The position numbers were made by a program, and so were the translations under genes. A stretch of DNA of 12,846 bases from a virus: UHGV virus genome UHGV-0823586; one strand, given 5' to 3'. How positions within the stretch are numbered: the stretch's first letter is position 1; every line of letters starts with the position of its first letter. Below the pieces are notes generated by a model. It saw only the letters and a program-made list of their open reading frames with translations, was not told the origin of the DNA and did not search any database. Shown here one piece after another: positions 1 to 8,292 of this stretch.

Positions 1-1
1 G

Positions 2-40
2 CTGACTATTTATCAAATAGATAACCTTGCTAATAGTCAG
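2..40. repeat. Nested inverted repeat at the window edge: outer 9-bp arms CTGACTATT (2-10) and AATAGTCAG (32-40), inner arms TTATC (10-14) and GATAA (20-24)
   Basis: Read directly: the reverse complement of 2-10 equals 32-40, and an inner 5-bp inverted repeat with a 5-nt spacer lies inside the loop. The region is AT-rich and upstream of the 499-aa ORF. A possible sigma70-like -10 TAATAT lies at 59-64. Confidence 0.3.
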
Positions 41-96
41 ATGAAAAGCAAAGGAAGTTAATATTAGAACAGCTTGAGCCAGCTATTAATAACACC

Positions 97-1596
97 ATGG
101 CCCAGCTATATAACGGTGAGGTTCCAGATTATATACCGGCTCAGGAGACCATCATCAGGGGGTATGGAAAAAACGCAGATAAAATAATCAATCAACTGGA
201 TATAGCGATTGATAACGCGAGAATATTCCAGGCAATTCAGTATTTGCCTCCTTCTCAGCAGCAAGAAGAAATGCAGAAAGTGAAGCCTGAGGTTAACGAT
301 CCTCACTATGCGTTAAAACTCGATGCTTACGGAAAATTGTCTGCATTGCTTCAGAGATCAAATGAAGCAATTCAGGCGCAACGGGATTCACGCAGATTCA
401 ATGAGGCGCTGACAATAGGTGAAAAATTAGACCCAAGCAACAAGTCAATGCAGAAAGCTGCTGATTACACAGAAATGGCGCAGAACTTTCGTATTAATGA
501 TGTCTCCACTCATGATGGGGTTGTTCGGCTTGTGGCTCAGACTGGCATAATGCCTTCGCAGGTCATCACGCAGCTTTCAGCAGTATCCCGATCCAGCAAT
601 CAGGAAGTGGTTAAAAATGCGGCGGAACTGTTTAGTCGGTTATATGAAACAGACAATGCATCTATTGGAAATATGCCGAAGGATATGCAGGGTTTTTATC
701 TGACTGTTAAGCAACTAACTGATTCTGGCATGTCTGCTGATGCGGCTATCGAGCAGGCGCAGAACCTTACGTACAACCAGACCGATGCTCTTAAAGCTCA
801 ATTGGCATCAACGCAGAGTTCAAAAGAGTACAAAAATGATCGCAGCAAGGCGATGAATTCTGCTGTCAGCAATATGGCGCAGTGGTTCCGTTGGGATCCG
901 TCTGCGGATGACCAGACGCCGGAAGCAGCTAGATTCCGTAATGACTATCAGACGCTGTATGACATTAACTACCGCGTTGCTGGTGGTAACGCTGACGTAG
1001 CGAAGCAAATGACCAACCAGCAGATAGCCCGCACCTGGAGTATCAGCGAGGTTAACGGAGAAGCGCAGTTTATGAAATATGCACCGGAGGCGCTTTATCA
1101 ATATGGGCCGTCAGGCTGGCAGGCGGCGCAGTGGAAAGCTGAAAAAGAACGGCTGATGTACGGTGAGCGCAAAGAGATTATAACAACCAGTCCGACGTTG
1201 CTTGGGATCACGTCAGGTAATGCTCCTGTAGTTGAGACAAAAACCCCTGAGAGTCGTATTAATGGAGAATTATTCATAACCCCTGACGTGTTAACACCCC
1301 GTAATGGTGATTACGCCATTATGGTAAGAACTAAGGATAAAAATGGCATCGATCGGGTCCAGCCGTTTTATAACAAACATGGGCGTCCTATGCGTTGGGA
1401 ACCATCACTAGAAGATTGGGAACCTTATAAGGAAATGCAGCAGGAACGGGAGCAGTACGAGCAGGAAGAAATTATGCGTGGACAGGCTATACGAAACTTC
1501 AAAGACAAGCATCGCGCTCTGGATGAGCAGTATCAGCGCCTGCATAACGAACGTATGGACAAATTTAAAGATTACTTTTCGTGGGGATCTAAATAA
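97..1596 (+). CDS. Hypothetical protein, 499 aa, Gln/Glu-rich and probably largely alpha-helical; possibly a virion internal/ejection protein or an accessory gene
   Basis: Long uninterrupted ORF with an ATG at 97 and in-frame stops upstream at 22-24 and 34-36. It has no convincing Shine-Dalgarno sequence. Its stop TAA (1594-1596) overlaps the ATG of the next gene (TAATG). I recognise no enzymatic motif and no P-loop. Confidence 0.55.
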   Translation: MAQLYNGEVPDYIPAQETIIRGYGKNADKIINQLDIAIDNARIFQAIQYLPPSQQQEEMQKVKPEVNDPHYALKLDAYGKLSALLQRSNEAIQAQRDSRRFNEALTIGEKLDPSNKSMQKAADYTEMAQNFRINDVSTHDGVVRLVAQTGIMPSQVITQLSAVSRSSNQEVVKNAAELFSRLYETDNASIGNMPKDMQGFYLTVKQLTDSGMSADAAIEQAQNLTYNQTDALKAQLASTQSSKEYKNDRSKAMNSAVSNMAQWFRWDPSADDQTPEAARFRNDYQTLYDINYRVAGGNADVAKQMTNQQIARTWSISEVNGEAQFMKYAPEALYQYGPSGWQAAQWKAEKERLMYGERKEIITTSPTLLGITSGNAPVVETKTPESRINGELFITPDVLTPRNGDYAIMVRTKDKNGIDRVQPFYNKHGRPMRWEPSLEDWEPYKEMQQEREQYEQEEIMRGQAIRNFKDKHRALDEQYQRLHNERMDKFKDYFSWGSK

Positions 1597-2432
1597 TGCC
1601 AGTTTATGCACAAGCTGAAGATCTTAATAACGGACTGATCCCGTCAGGTAATATTTTGCCGGAACAAACTGGGTTTGATGTTGCCCCTCCGGAAGGGGCT
1701 AATCCTGAGCCATTGCCACCTGAGCCTTCCGTATGGGGGGCTGCAATGCGACAGAACAATATTCTGTCTGGTTTTTTCCGCCCAGCCAGACAGTTTGAAC
1801 CGGTCGAGGGTTATAACCCATATGCTGATAAAAATGAGTTGCACGGTTATGAATACTGGGGGGCGAAATTTGCAGATTCCCGATCGCCAGAGGAAACGGC
1901 GTGGATTAAGCAGCAGATAGATGATGAAAATGAAGACAGACGTTTATTGTCTGATGCTGGCGTAGTTGGAACCATTGCCAGTATTGCTGCGGGAATGGAT
2001 CCGGTTACTGTTGCGTCAATGTTTATTCCCGGTGCTCAAGGAGGGGCACTGGCGCGTATTGGCTCACAGATTGCGATTGGTGCTGCCGGTACAGCATTAA
2101 GCGAGGTTGTACTGAATAATCAGCAAATAACACGCTCATGGGGTGAAAGTGCCGCTCACGTTGCAGCGGGTGCGATGATGAGCGGCGTGTTTGCCAGTGC
2201 TGGTGTTGCGCTTTCGCCATCCGTCCGGGCTGCAGCCACGCGTGAGGTTGCTGATGCTCTTGATAATATGAGCATTACATCAGCGACTGACAGGGCTGCC
2301 GCTTCGCTTTCTGATGGTGGTAGTGTTGGTGCTATGAAAATTGATACAGCGACTCTGGATGATTTAACCCCTGTTTCCGGTGGGTGGGTTGGAAAGGCTG
2401 CATGGAAGATTTCGGATAAATTCTTCTTCTGA
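1596..2432 (+). CDS. Hypothetical protein, 278 aa, with Gly/Ala-rich hydrophobic segments (glycine-zipper-like); possibly membrane-active
   Basis: ATG at 1596 is coupled to the upstream stop, with GGGGA 8 nt upstream. The central region (GVVGTIASIAAGMDPVTVASMFIPGAQGGALARIGSQIAIGAAGTALS ... AAGAMMSGVFASAGVALS) has repeated small-residue spacing typical of membrane-inserting segments. The stop TGA is at 2430-2432, inside the 3' end of the convergent minus-strand gene. Confidence 0.55.
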   Translation: MPVYAQAEDLNNGLIPSGNILPEQTGFDVAPPEGANPEPLPPEPSVWGAAMRQNNILSGFFRPARQFEPVEGYNPYADKNELHGYEYWGAKFADSRSPEETAWIKQQIDDENEDRRLLSDAGVVGTIASIAAGMDPVTVASMFIPGAQGGALARIGSQIAIGAAGTALSEVVLNNQQITRSWGESAAHVAAGAMMSGVFASAGVALSPSVRAAATREVADALDNMSITSATDRAAASLSDGGSVGAMKIDTATLDDLTPVSGGWVGKAAWKISDKFFF

Positions 2433-3467
2433 TATTTCACCTTTACGTGGATCACCGACTTTGGCGATCAGTTTATCCACGTTACCCATCCCCCAGTTAT
2501 ATGCTGCTCCGGCCAATATTTCGGAGCCGTACTTACCATACAGTTGATTTACATAGTCACTGGCAAGCATTTCATGCTGTTGTTCGTCCGTAGGGTTGTA
2601 TTCAACGCCACGTTTGGCCGCCAGTTCTTTCCCTGTGCCCGGCATTAACTGGTATTTCCCCTGGGCCCTCTCTCCAGAAGATGTTTTCGGTCCTTCAAGA
2701 ATACTACCATCAGGATTAAAATGACGATCACCTGATTCAACAAGGCGTATGGCACGCATGTCCATGCCTCCAGAATCATTTTTCTGAAACTGACCATTTA
2801 ACCATCCTTCCGGATTAGCAGCGGCATAATTCTTCGCCCGCATTTCTGTGGCACTGCGATCATCACTTTCTATTTCTTCCAGAATGCGTTCTTGTGACCA
2901 TCCCCTGGCTGCTCCATATCTGGCAATGGCTACCATTCTGGAATTTCTGGCTAAAGTGGCAGTTTGCGGGTCATTCCAGGCATCCGCTTCATTTTGTATC
3001 CATAATTTTCTCGTTGCCTGATATTGCTCATCTTCATAGGCATTTGTCTGCCCTATCTCATGTCTGAGAACTCCAGTACTGAACTGAATTTTCTGTGTTC
3101 TGGCTTGTTGCAAAAACATATTTCTTGCTGCTTCATCAGTCAATGAAGCAGCTATTTCTTCCACATCCTGATCAAATCCAGATATGTACTCTTGCCCCTT
3201 ACCAATCGCATTTTTGCCTTGTTGTGCATAAAAACCGGTTTGAGGGTTATAAAGACGTTCATTGCTGCGCTGATTAAGCTGAAGGATGGCATCCTGAGAC
3301 AATGCAACATTCGCTTTCTGCCTGGCTTCACCATATGCCACCGCATACTGATCTGCGACATTCGCCAGCACCTGACCTGCTTGAGGAACATCGAAGGTCT
3401 GAAAACCACCGGTTTGCACACCACGACTTTGCACCTGGCGTCCGGATGTAGTAGGAACAACAGGCAT
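2364..3467 (-). CDS. Internal virion protein with a C-terminal soluble lytic transglycosylase (SLT-like) domain
   Basis: Motifs read in the translation: catalytic-type E-S-G (RLVESGDRHF), then GKYQLMPGT, then AYNWG, in the order expected for family-1 lytic transglycosylases. The first codon in the ORF track is TTG; the ATG is at 3465-3467 and overlaps the upstream stop (TGATG). It sits where the T7 gp16 transglycosylase would be expected. Confidence 0.7.
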   Translation of the reverse strand: MPVVPTTSGRQVQSRGVQTGGFQTFDVPQAGQVLANVADQYAVAYGEARQKANVALSQDAILQLNQRSNERLYNPQTGFYAQQGKNAIGKGQEYISGFDQDVEEIAASLTDEAARNMFLQQARTQKIQFSTGVLRHEIGQTNAYEDEQYQATRKLWIQNEADAWNDPQTATLARNSRMVAIARYGAARGWSQERILEEIESDDRSATEMRAKNYAAANPEGWLNGQFQKNDSGGMDMRAIRLVESGDRHFNPDGSILEGPKTSSGERAQGKYQLMPGTGKELAAKRGVEYNPTDEQQHEMLASDYVNQLYGKYGSEILAGAAYNWGMGNVDKLIAKVGDPRKGEISEEEFIRNLPCSLSNPPTGNRG

Positions 3468-4033
3468 CAATAACCTCCTATTTTGAATCGGGAGTCAGAA
3501 TTCATAAAACCTGAGTTAGATAACATTGGCGTGTTTCCTTGCTTACTAATCGGATTGATACTTCCGCCACCCAACTTATATGCACCGTATGCTTTTAGTG
3601 GTGCCGTTAACAAAGTGCTGGTCATCGATGATTTAGCAGCCGACTGAGCAGCAGCCCCCTGTGCCTGAGCATTCATTCCCTGAACCTGATACCCATATGC
3701 CTCACGCTGAGCATTATTCACTGTCGTTAACGCATCAAGAGTGCCGAACTGAGCATTATCCGCAAAAACGTCAAGAGCTGTTCCGCTACTTAATTCCGCA
3801 CCGGTAGCCCCCATAGTGGCCGCCGCAGTGCCTGAGCGTTGACGCATTTCACGACGACGCTGATCCGCTTCAATATTCCCACGATTGATTGAATCCTGTG
3901 CCTGAGCTTCAGCAATTTCAGCATTCCGATCAGCTATGGCTGACTGGTATTTTGCCTGCTTGCTCTGGCTGTACATTGACGCGGCTGTGGATGCCACTGT
4001 GACGGCAACCAAAGCGATGGCTGGGTTACACAT
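3467..4033 (-). CDS. Putative internal virion/ejection protein with an N-terminal transmembrane segment (T7 gp14 positional analogue)
   Basis: ATG at 4031-4033 overlaps the upstream stop (TAATG). The N-terminus is hydrophobic (NPAIALVAVTVASTAAS) and is followed by a Gln/Ala-rich, probably helical region. The gene lies between the tubular proteins and the transglycosylase protein. Confidence 0.55.
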   Translation of the reverse strand: MCNPAIALVAVTVASTAASMYSQSKQAKYQSAIADRNAEIAEAQAQDSINRGNIEADQRRREMRQRSGTAAATMGATGAELSSGTALDVFADNAQFGTLDALTTVNNAQREAYGYQVQGMNAQAQGAAAQSAAKSSMTSTLLTAPLKAYGAYKLGGGSINPISKQGNTPMLSNSGFMNSDSRFKIGGY

Positions 4034-4497
4034 TATTTTCTCTCCATGTGAAATCTGTGGAAATTAAGACCAAGAGCACCATAAGGCGCGGCTTCTTCAA
4101 GCCTGAATCCAAGCCAGTGCAGCCATGCTTTGGCAACATGGTTTCGCTCGTCGACGTAGTTTTCCAAGCGCGGATAAACTGCCAGCATCTGCTGCAATAC
4201 AGGGCGGCAGTGGCGCAGAAATGTCTTCTGATATTTTTCAATACGGCTGGTCCCGACCAGCCATGGCGTACCATTGCCACCGATCATTGACGCCGGAGAT
4301 ACACCAAACATGGTTACCAGCTCTCCGTTCGCGAACCCTGACCAGGCCATAGTCGCAGTGCGCAGACCAACACGCAGCGCATCTTCGGTAGTCATCAGCG
4401 ATACCGCATACAGTTCGTCAATATCAGCCTGACGAACATCCGGCAAAATCATCTGAAGATGCTCTTCGGTAGCGGGAATAATTCGAACATCGATCAT
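4033..4497 (-). CDS. Hypothetical virion-associated protein, 154 aa (T7 gp13 positional analogue)
   Basis: ATG at 4495-4497 overlaps the stop of the 823-aa gene (TGATG). The call rests on position in the operon only; I recognise no motif. Confidence 0.5.
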   Translation of the reverse strand: MIDVRIIPATEEHLQMILPDVRQADIDELYAVSLMTTEDALRVGLRTATMAWSGFANGELVTMFGVSPASMIGGNGTPWLVGTSRIEKYQKTFLRHCRPVLQQMLAVYPRLENYVDERNHVAKAWLHWLGFRLEEAAPYGALGLNFHRFHMERK

Positions 4498-6968
4498 CAG
4501 AATCCCCCAACAGTAAGGCGAGGAATAACGGCAAGAACAGACAGCGGCAACGGGTCAAGCTGACGGATTTTTACACGTCCGTTTTTGCCCCAGTTACTGT
4601 CCAGTTTCACTTCTACTTTTCCGGTAGCATCATCAACAGGATCATCGTAGAACTCGAATTCACGCTGTGGATATTCGTACCATTTACCGCCGGGCGTAGT
4701 CGCCCAGATGCCGCGGCTGGCATTCACAACCAGAGTAACGGACGGGATCACCTGTTTTTTGTCCAGCAGCGTTTCCTGTCCGTTAATGTTGATATCCAGT
4801 GTTTCGAATTCAGCAGTTATTGGCAGGCCGATGTGAACTACAGCCCCCGGAGATTCCAGCGTGACGGCACCTCCGGAAACCACTTTCTGTGGTTCCACGT
4901 TCGCATCAGAGAGAATGTTTACGGTCTGGCCTTCAAGATGAGACAGGCCTCCAAATGTCCGGCGCGCCATCTGCCAGTTCGTGGTGGCCACATTCCTGAG
5001 GGATGGCGGGACGTTCCTGTTAGCACGAACCACTACAGCGGTATTGCTGGTTACAGAAATAATGTCGCAACGTAATTCTTTTGACACCTCATCACCAGTA
5101 TCAGGATCAGTTCCGGTATAAGGGAACTGTAGTTGCGCGCCGACATCACTACTGGTGAAGTACGCACCACCAGAAACACTGATTGTATATTCCGCGCGGT
5201 AATCCCATTCACCAGAACCACCAGTGATGGTCATCGTTCTGTCAGACGTATTTCTTCCATCATAGCTAAGGCCAGAATCAACAAAGAAAGCATCTTCATC
5301 GCTGGTAAATAAACGGCTGGACAGTCGCTCGATGTATCTCACTGTTTGCCCGTTAACGGTTCGGTTAACGACGAAATACACCGCATCTTCATTTCCTTCG
5401 CTGATACTGCATGTGCTTTCATATTTTCCGGTACTGGATTGTGGTGCCCATGCAAAAACCTGCTGATCACGCAAATAGGTCATCACCAGTAATTTACCGT
5501 CATCACGAATGCAGAAGGCGCTGGAGTAAGGGACAATAGAGAAGCACCAGTCAACAATACTGTGCTTCTGAAAAAGATGATTGGCAAGGATGGTCAGGTC
5601 GTTCCCCTGATAGCCGTCAACATCGAATGAGTAGGCCAGATCACGGACAACACTGCCTTTCTCCTGGACGAACAGAGCAATATTCGCCACGGCAATTGGT
5701 GGGACATTGCTCGAGCCATTTGATCCCTGAGAGCTGAATGCAAATGATGATGGGGTAAGCACTTTGTTCTGGTCGCCAGTGATGACGTACTCACCTCCGG
5801 AAGTCAGCGCCACCAGCGAACCAACATCAATCAGGTGACGGATCTCATTAACCTGACGCCCGGCATAGGTGTAGATAATTCTGTCGTCATCCTGCGTAGG
5901 ATTGCTTTTGCCAAAATCCTTATAATCCCCGGTACGGCTGGCCCAGATAGTCTGAGGAAACGCAGTCGATGCGGCGAAGTAAAGACGTTGTTGATAATAA
6001 ACAACAGTGCCAGGATAACCATTAACACTGTTCCAGGCATATTTAGCCCATTTATAGCTGGCATTATCCTCGCCAACTACCTGCGAAGGGATATAGGAAA
6101 TCACCTCGGCAGTTGCAGTAGTTCCATTTGCAGCAGTGATACGGGCAATGCCAAAACCACTGTGCAGATATTCCCACTCAATGCCAGTATCATCATCACC
6201 GGATCCGCCCCAGCCATCCCATGATGTGCCTTCTGTATGCGAAGGGCGCAAAGTACCTGTTTTGCCTGCTTTAACGGCGCGATAGTAGTTACTGTCTGCT
6301 CGGCGAATATCGCCAATCGACGTACTCTTACTGGTTTCCCATACCGGCACAGAATCCACTGCAGGCTGTTCCAGATAGAACAATTTGCCTACCTGCTCCG
6401 CGCCAAAAATAGAGGCGCTTGCCGTTAGCGTAATTGTCCCGGTGCTGGCGCTGGCATAAACCGTCACTGACTCGTCAATATTGATATCTTCAAATGGCCC
6501 GTTCTTCGTTACCACATCAACCAGTTGCCAGTTGTCATGCGCATAGCGGCGCAACTCTTTCGGCGGGTATGCCGGATGAACCAGCGTAAGCACGTCTGCG
6601 CTTTGCGTGAATTTAATTCGGAACAGATCGGCTTCAGTATATGGCGTGGAAATTTCATAAATAACATTGCTGCTGTTCAGCACCAACGCACCATCTTTGA
6701 TAACGCGCATGTACTGGTGTCCGAACTCCAGAGCATAAGTCTGAACCGTCGAGAACTGGAACGGGATCAGGCGGCATTTCCGATTTGGATATTTGGCGGC
6801 ACCGACAAAACGCGTACCAGGTCGATTCTCAACGCCGCCATACTGCCGCACGATAAAGTTATCGCACTTGCGCAATGCCACCTGGTACTTCGCCATGTCG
6901 ATACGTCCGTACAACGACGGTCCAATCTCACCACCAGCAAAGCTGGGCTGGATCCAACTGATAGCCAT
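4497..6968 (-). CDS. Tail tubular protein B / nozzle (T7 gp12-like)
   Basis: The 823-aa ORF directly follows the gp11-like gene with a TGATG overlap. Its size is close to T7 gp12 (about 794 aa) and the gp11-gp12 order is conserved. The assignment is by size and synteny, not by sequence alignment. Confidence 0.65.
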   Translation of the reverse strand: MAISWIQPSFAGGEIGPSLYGRIDMAKYQVALRKCDNFIVRQYGGVENRPGTRFVGAAKYPNRKCRLIPFQFSTVQTYALEFGHQYMRVIKDGALVLNSSNVIYEISTPYTEADLFRIKFTQSADVLTLVHPAYPPKELRRYAHDNWQLVDVVTKNGPFEDINIDESVTVYASASTGTITLTASASIFGAEQVGKLFYLEQPAVDSVPVWETSKSTSIGDIRRADSNYYRAVKAGKTGTLRPSHTEGTSWDGWGGSGDDDTGIEWEYLHSGFGIARITAANGTTATAEVISYIPSQVVGEDNASYKWAKYAWNSVNGYPGTVVYYQQRLYFAASTAFPQTIWASRTGDYKDFGKSNPTQDDDRIIYTYAGRQVNEIRHLIDVGSLVALTSGGEYVITGDQNKVLTPSSFAFSSQGSNGSSNVPPIAVANIALFVQEKGSVVRDLAYSFDVDGYQGNDLTILANHLFQKHSIVDWCFSIVPYSSAFCIRDDGKLLVMTYLRDQQVFAWAPQSSTGKYESTCSISEGNEDAVYFVVNRTVNGQTVRYIERLSSRLFTSDEDAFFVDSGLSYDGRNTSDRTMTITGGSGEWDYRAEYTISVSGGAYFTSSDVGAQLQFPYTGTDPDTGDEVSKELRCDIISVTSNTAVVVRANRNVPPSLRNVATTNWQMARRTFGGLSHLEGQTVNILSDANVEPQKVVSGGAVTLESPGAVVHIGLPITAEFETLDININGQETLLDKKQVIPSVTLVVNASRGIWATTPGGKWYEYPQREFEFYDDPVDDATGKVEVKLDSNWGKNGRVKIRQLDPLPLSVLAVIPRLTVGGF

Positions 6969-7573
6969 CAGGACAACCTCGCAATGGTAAACTCGTCAAC
7001 CGGTGGCTGTGGTTCCTGTGATTCATTCTGGCTATGCGAGCCAGCACTAAGAATCACGCGATTGTACATATTGAGGGCAAACGTACCGAGGTCTGCATTC
7101 CCAGTCAGCGCCATGTTAATAGCTGCCGCAAGACGCCAGGCCAACGCCTCCATAAAAATGGCATCAAACATGTTCACATCTGTAACGCGAGAGACATACT
7201 TGAGCCATGCCTGAGGCTGGTCTGTGTAGATCAACTTTCCTGTTCCGTTGGTGTCTGCACCAACTTCGTACTGAACGCGCATTGCTGCTGTTGGATTGCG
7301 TACACCAGGAAGCATAATTTCAGTAATGCGCAGACAATCTGACGGGTACTGGTACGCATATTCCCAGTCAGGCGGTGGATTGCTCGTATCTGCAAGCGCC
7401 ACGCGTTTGGTAGCAAAGTTCCAGTCAAAATCAGAAAGCACAGTATCACGGCAGGCCTCAAAGTGCAGCGAACATTCCCCCGCTTCCTTGCTGGCTTCCG
7501 TCAGGCTGTTAATGCTGCGGCTGTTGCCAATATTGGACAGCGCACGATTACAGATCTCTACTACAGAGGCCAT
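6968..7573 (-). CDS. Tail tubular protein A / adaptor (T7 gp11-like)
   Basis: About 201 aa from the ATG at 7571-7573 (the ORF track starts at a GTG 3 nt upstream). A GGAGGT Shine-Dalgarno lies 5 nt upstream. The N-terminal pattern (ICNRALSNIGNSRSINSLTE ... WNFATKRVAL) resembles the N-terminus of T7 gp11 as I recall it. Size and position before the large nozzle gene match. Confidence 0.65.
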   Translation of the reverse strand: MASVVEICNRALSNIGNSRSINSLTEASKEAGECSLHFEACRDTVLSDFDWNFATKRVALADTSNPPPDWEYAYQYPSDCLRITEIMLPGVRNPTAAMRVQYEVGADTNGTGKLIYTDQPQAWLKYVSRVTDVNMFDAIFMEALAWRLAAAINMALTGNADLGTFALNMYNRVILSAGSHSQNESQEPQPPVDEFTIARLS

Positions 7574-7896
7574 CACTCACCTCCGTTACCGTACAGAGTT
7601 TCAGCCGCTGATTTTTCTACATCCCCGGAAACAGGAGCGATCGCCATATCAGTGATCTGCAGATCGGCGCTGCGATTAACGCCATCGTCAGTTTCTCTGG
7701 CAGACAGGCCTCGAATAACAGCCTTTGCAGTTATCATCACTTCCGTTCCGACGCCCTTAGGTTGCGCCTTCAGCTTATTCAATGTGTCGTTATTCAGCGT
7801 GATGCACAGCCCCCACGGGTATTCATCGCGAGTTCTGGTTTCTCCGCTCTCATCCTGGTAGCTGTCAGTGCCGGTTTTGAGGTTTACGAGTTCCAT
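7573..7896 (-). CDS. Hypothetical small protein, about 107 aa, first gene after the terminator hairpin
   Basis: ATG at 7894-7896 with AGGAG 5 nt upstream; the ORF track starts at a GTG at 7902. Its stop overlaps the start of the gp11-like gene (TGATG). Confidence 0.5.
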   Translation of the reverse strand: MELVNLKTGTDSYQDESGETRTRDEYPWGLCITLNNDTLNKLKAQPKGVGTEVMITAKAVIRGLSARETDDGVNRSADLQITDMAIAPVSGDVEKSAAETLYGNGGE

Positions 7897-7912
7897 ATAC
7901 ACTCCTGCAATA

Positions 7913-7930
7913 AAGGGGCCGAAGCCCCTT
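7913..7930 (-). terminator. Rho-independent terminator hairpin on the minus strand: 7-bp stem AAGGGGC/GCCCCUU with a UUCG tetraloop, followed by UAUU
   Basis: Read directly: 7913-7919 pairs perfectly with 7924-7930 around loop 7920-7923. On the minus-strand RNA the stem is followed by a U-rich run (UUUAUU, counting the closing stem Us). It lies between the stop of the 111-aa gene (7947) and the Shine-Dalgarno of the 107-aa gene. Confidence 0.6.
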
Positions 7931-7946
7931 GTCTGATCCGCGAGGC

Positions 7947-8282
7947 TTACACGCCCAGTTCTTTACGCTTATCTGCGATCTTCTCGCGGAGCGTTTCGGC
8001 TTTGGCGTTATGGTGTGGCTTCTGGTTAAAGAGCAATTCGTACTCTTCACGGAGCTTATCCAGTTCACCATCATCTGACACATCGTTGATGATTTTGGTG
8101 CTGGTTGCTGCCATTGACACCTTTCCTGCAACTTTTGCTTTTGCCTGTCTGGCTGCATCGTTAACAGGTTCCAGTGCGCTACCAGGCTCACCTTCGTATT
8201 CGATTTCTGCCCCCTCCGGCCACAGAGTGTTATGGATATGAGAGAGGCGCAGAACGCGGTATCTTGGTTTCTCACCTGACAT
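7947..8282 (-). CDS. Hypothetical small protein, about 111 aa
   Basis: ATG at 8280-8282 with AAGGTG 6 nt upstream; the ORF track starts at a GTG at 8291. Charged, helical-looking C-terminus. No motif recognised. Confidence 0.5.
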   Translation of the reverse strand: MSGEKPRYRVLRLSHIHNTLWPEGAEIEYEGEPGSALEPVNDAARQAKAKVAGKVSMAATSTKIINDVSDDGELDKLREEYELLFNQKPHHNAKAETLREKIADKRKELGV

Positions 8283-8292
8283 CAATATCACC

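Noticed and set aside
6525-7214. Plus-strand 229-aa ORF antisense to the junction of tail tubular A and B
   Set aside because: It lies wholly within well-supported minus-strand genes, has a Cys/Arg-rich noncoding-like composition and no Shine-Dalgarno sequence. Most likely a chance antisense ORF.
7762-8241. Plus-strand 159-aa ORF and other antisense ORFs (for example 3192..3473, 5835..6224, 10900..11367)
   Set aside because: All overlap stronger minus-strand genes on the opposite strand and show low-complexity or skewed composition. None has a convincing start context.
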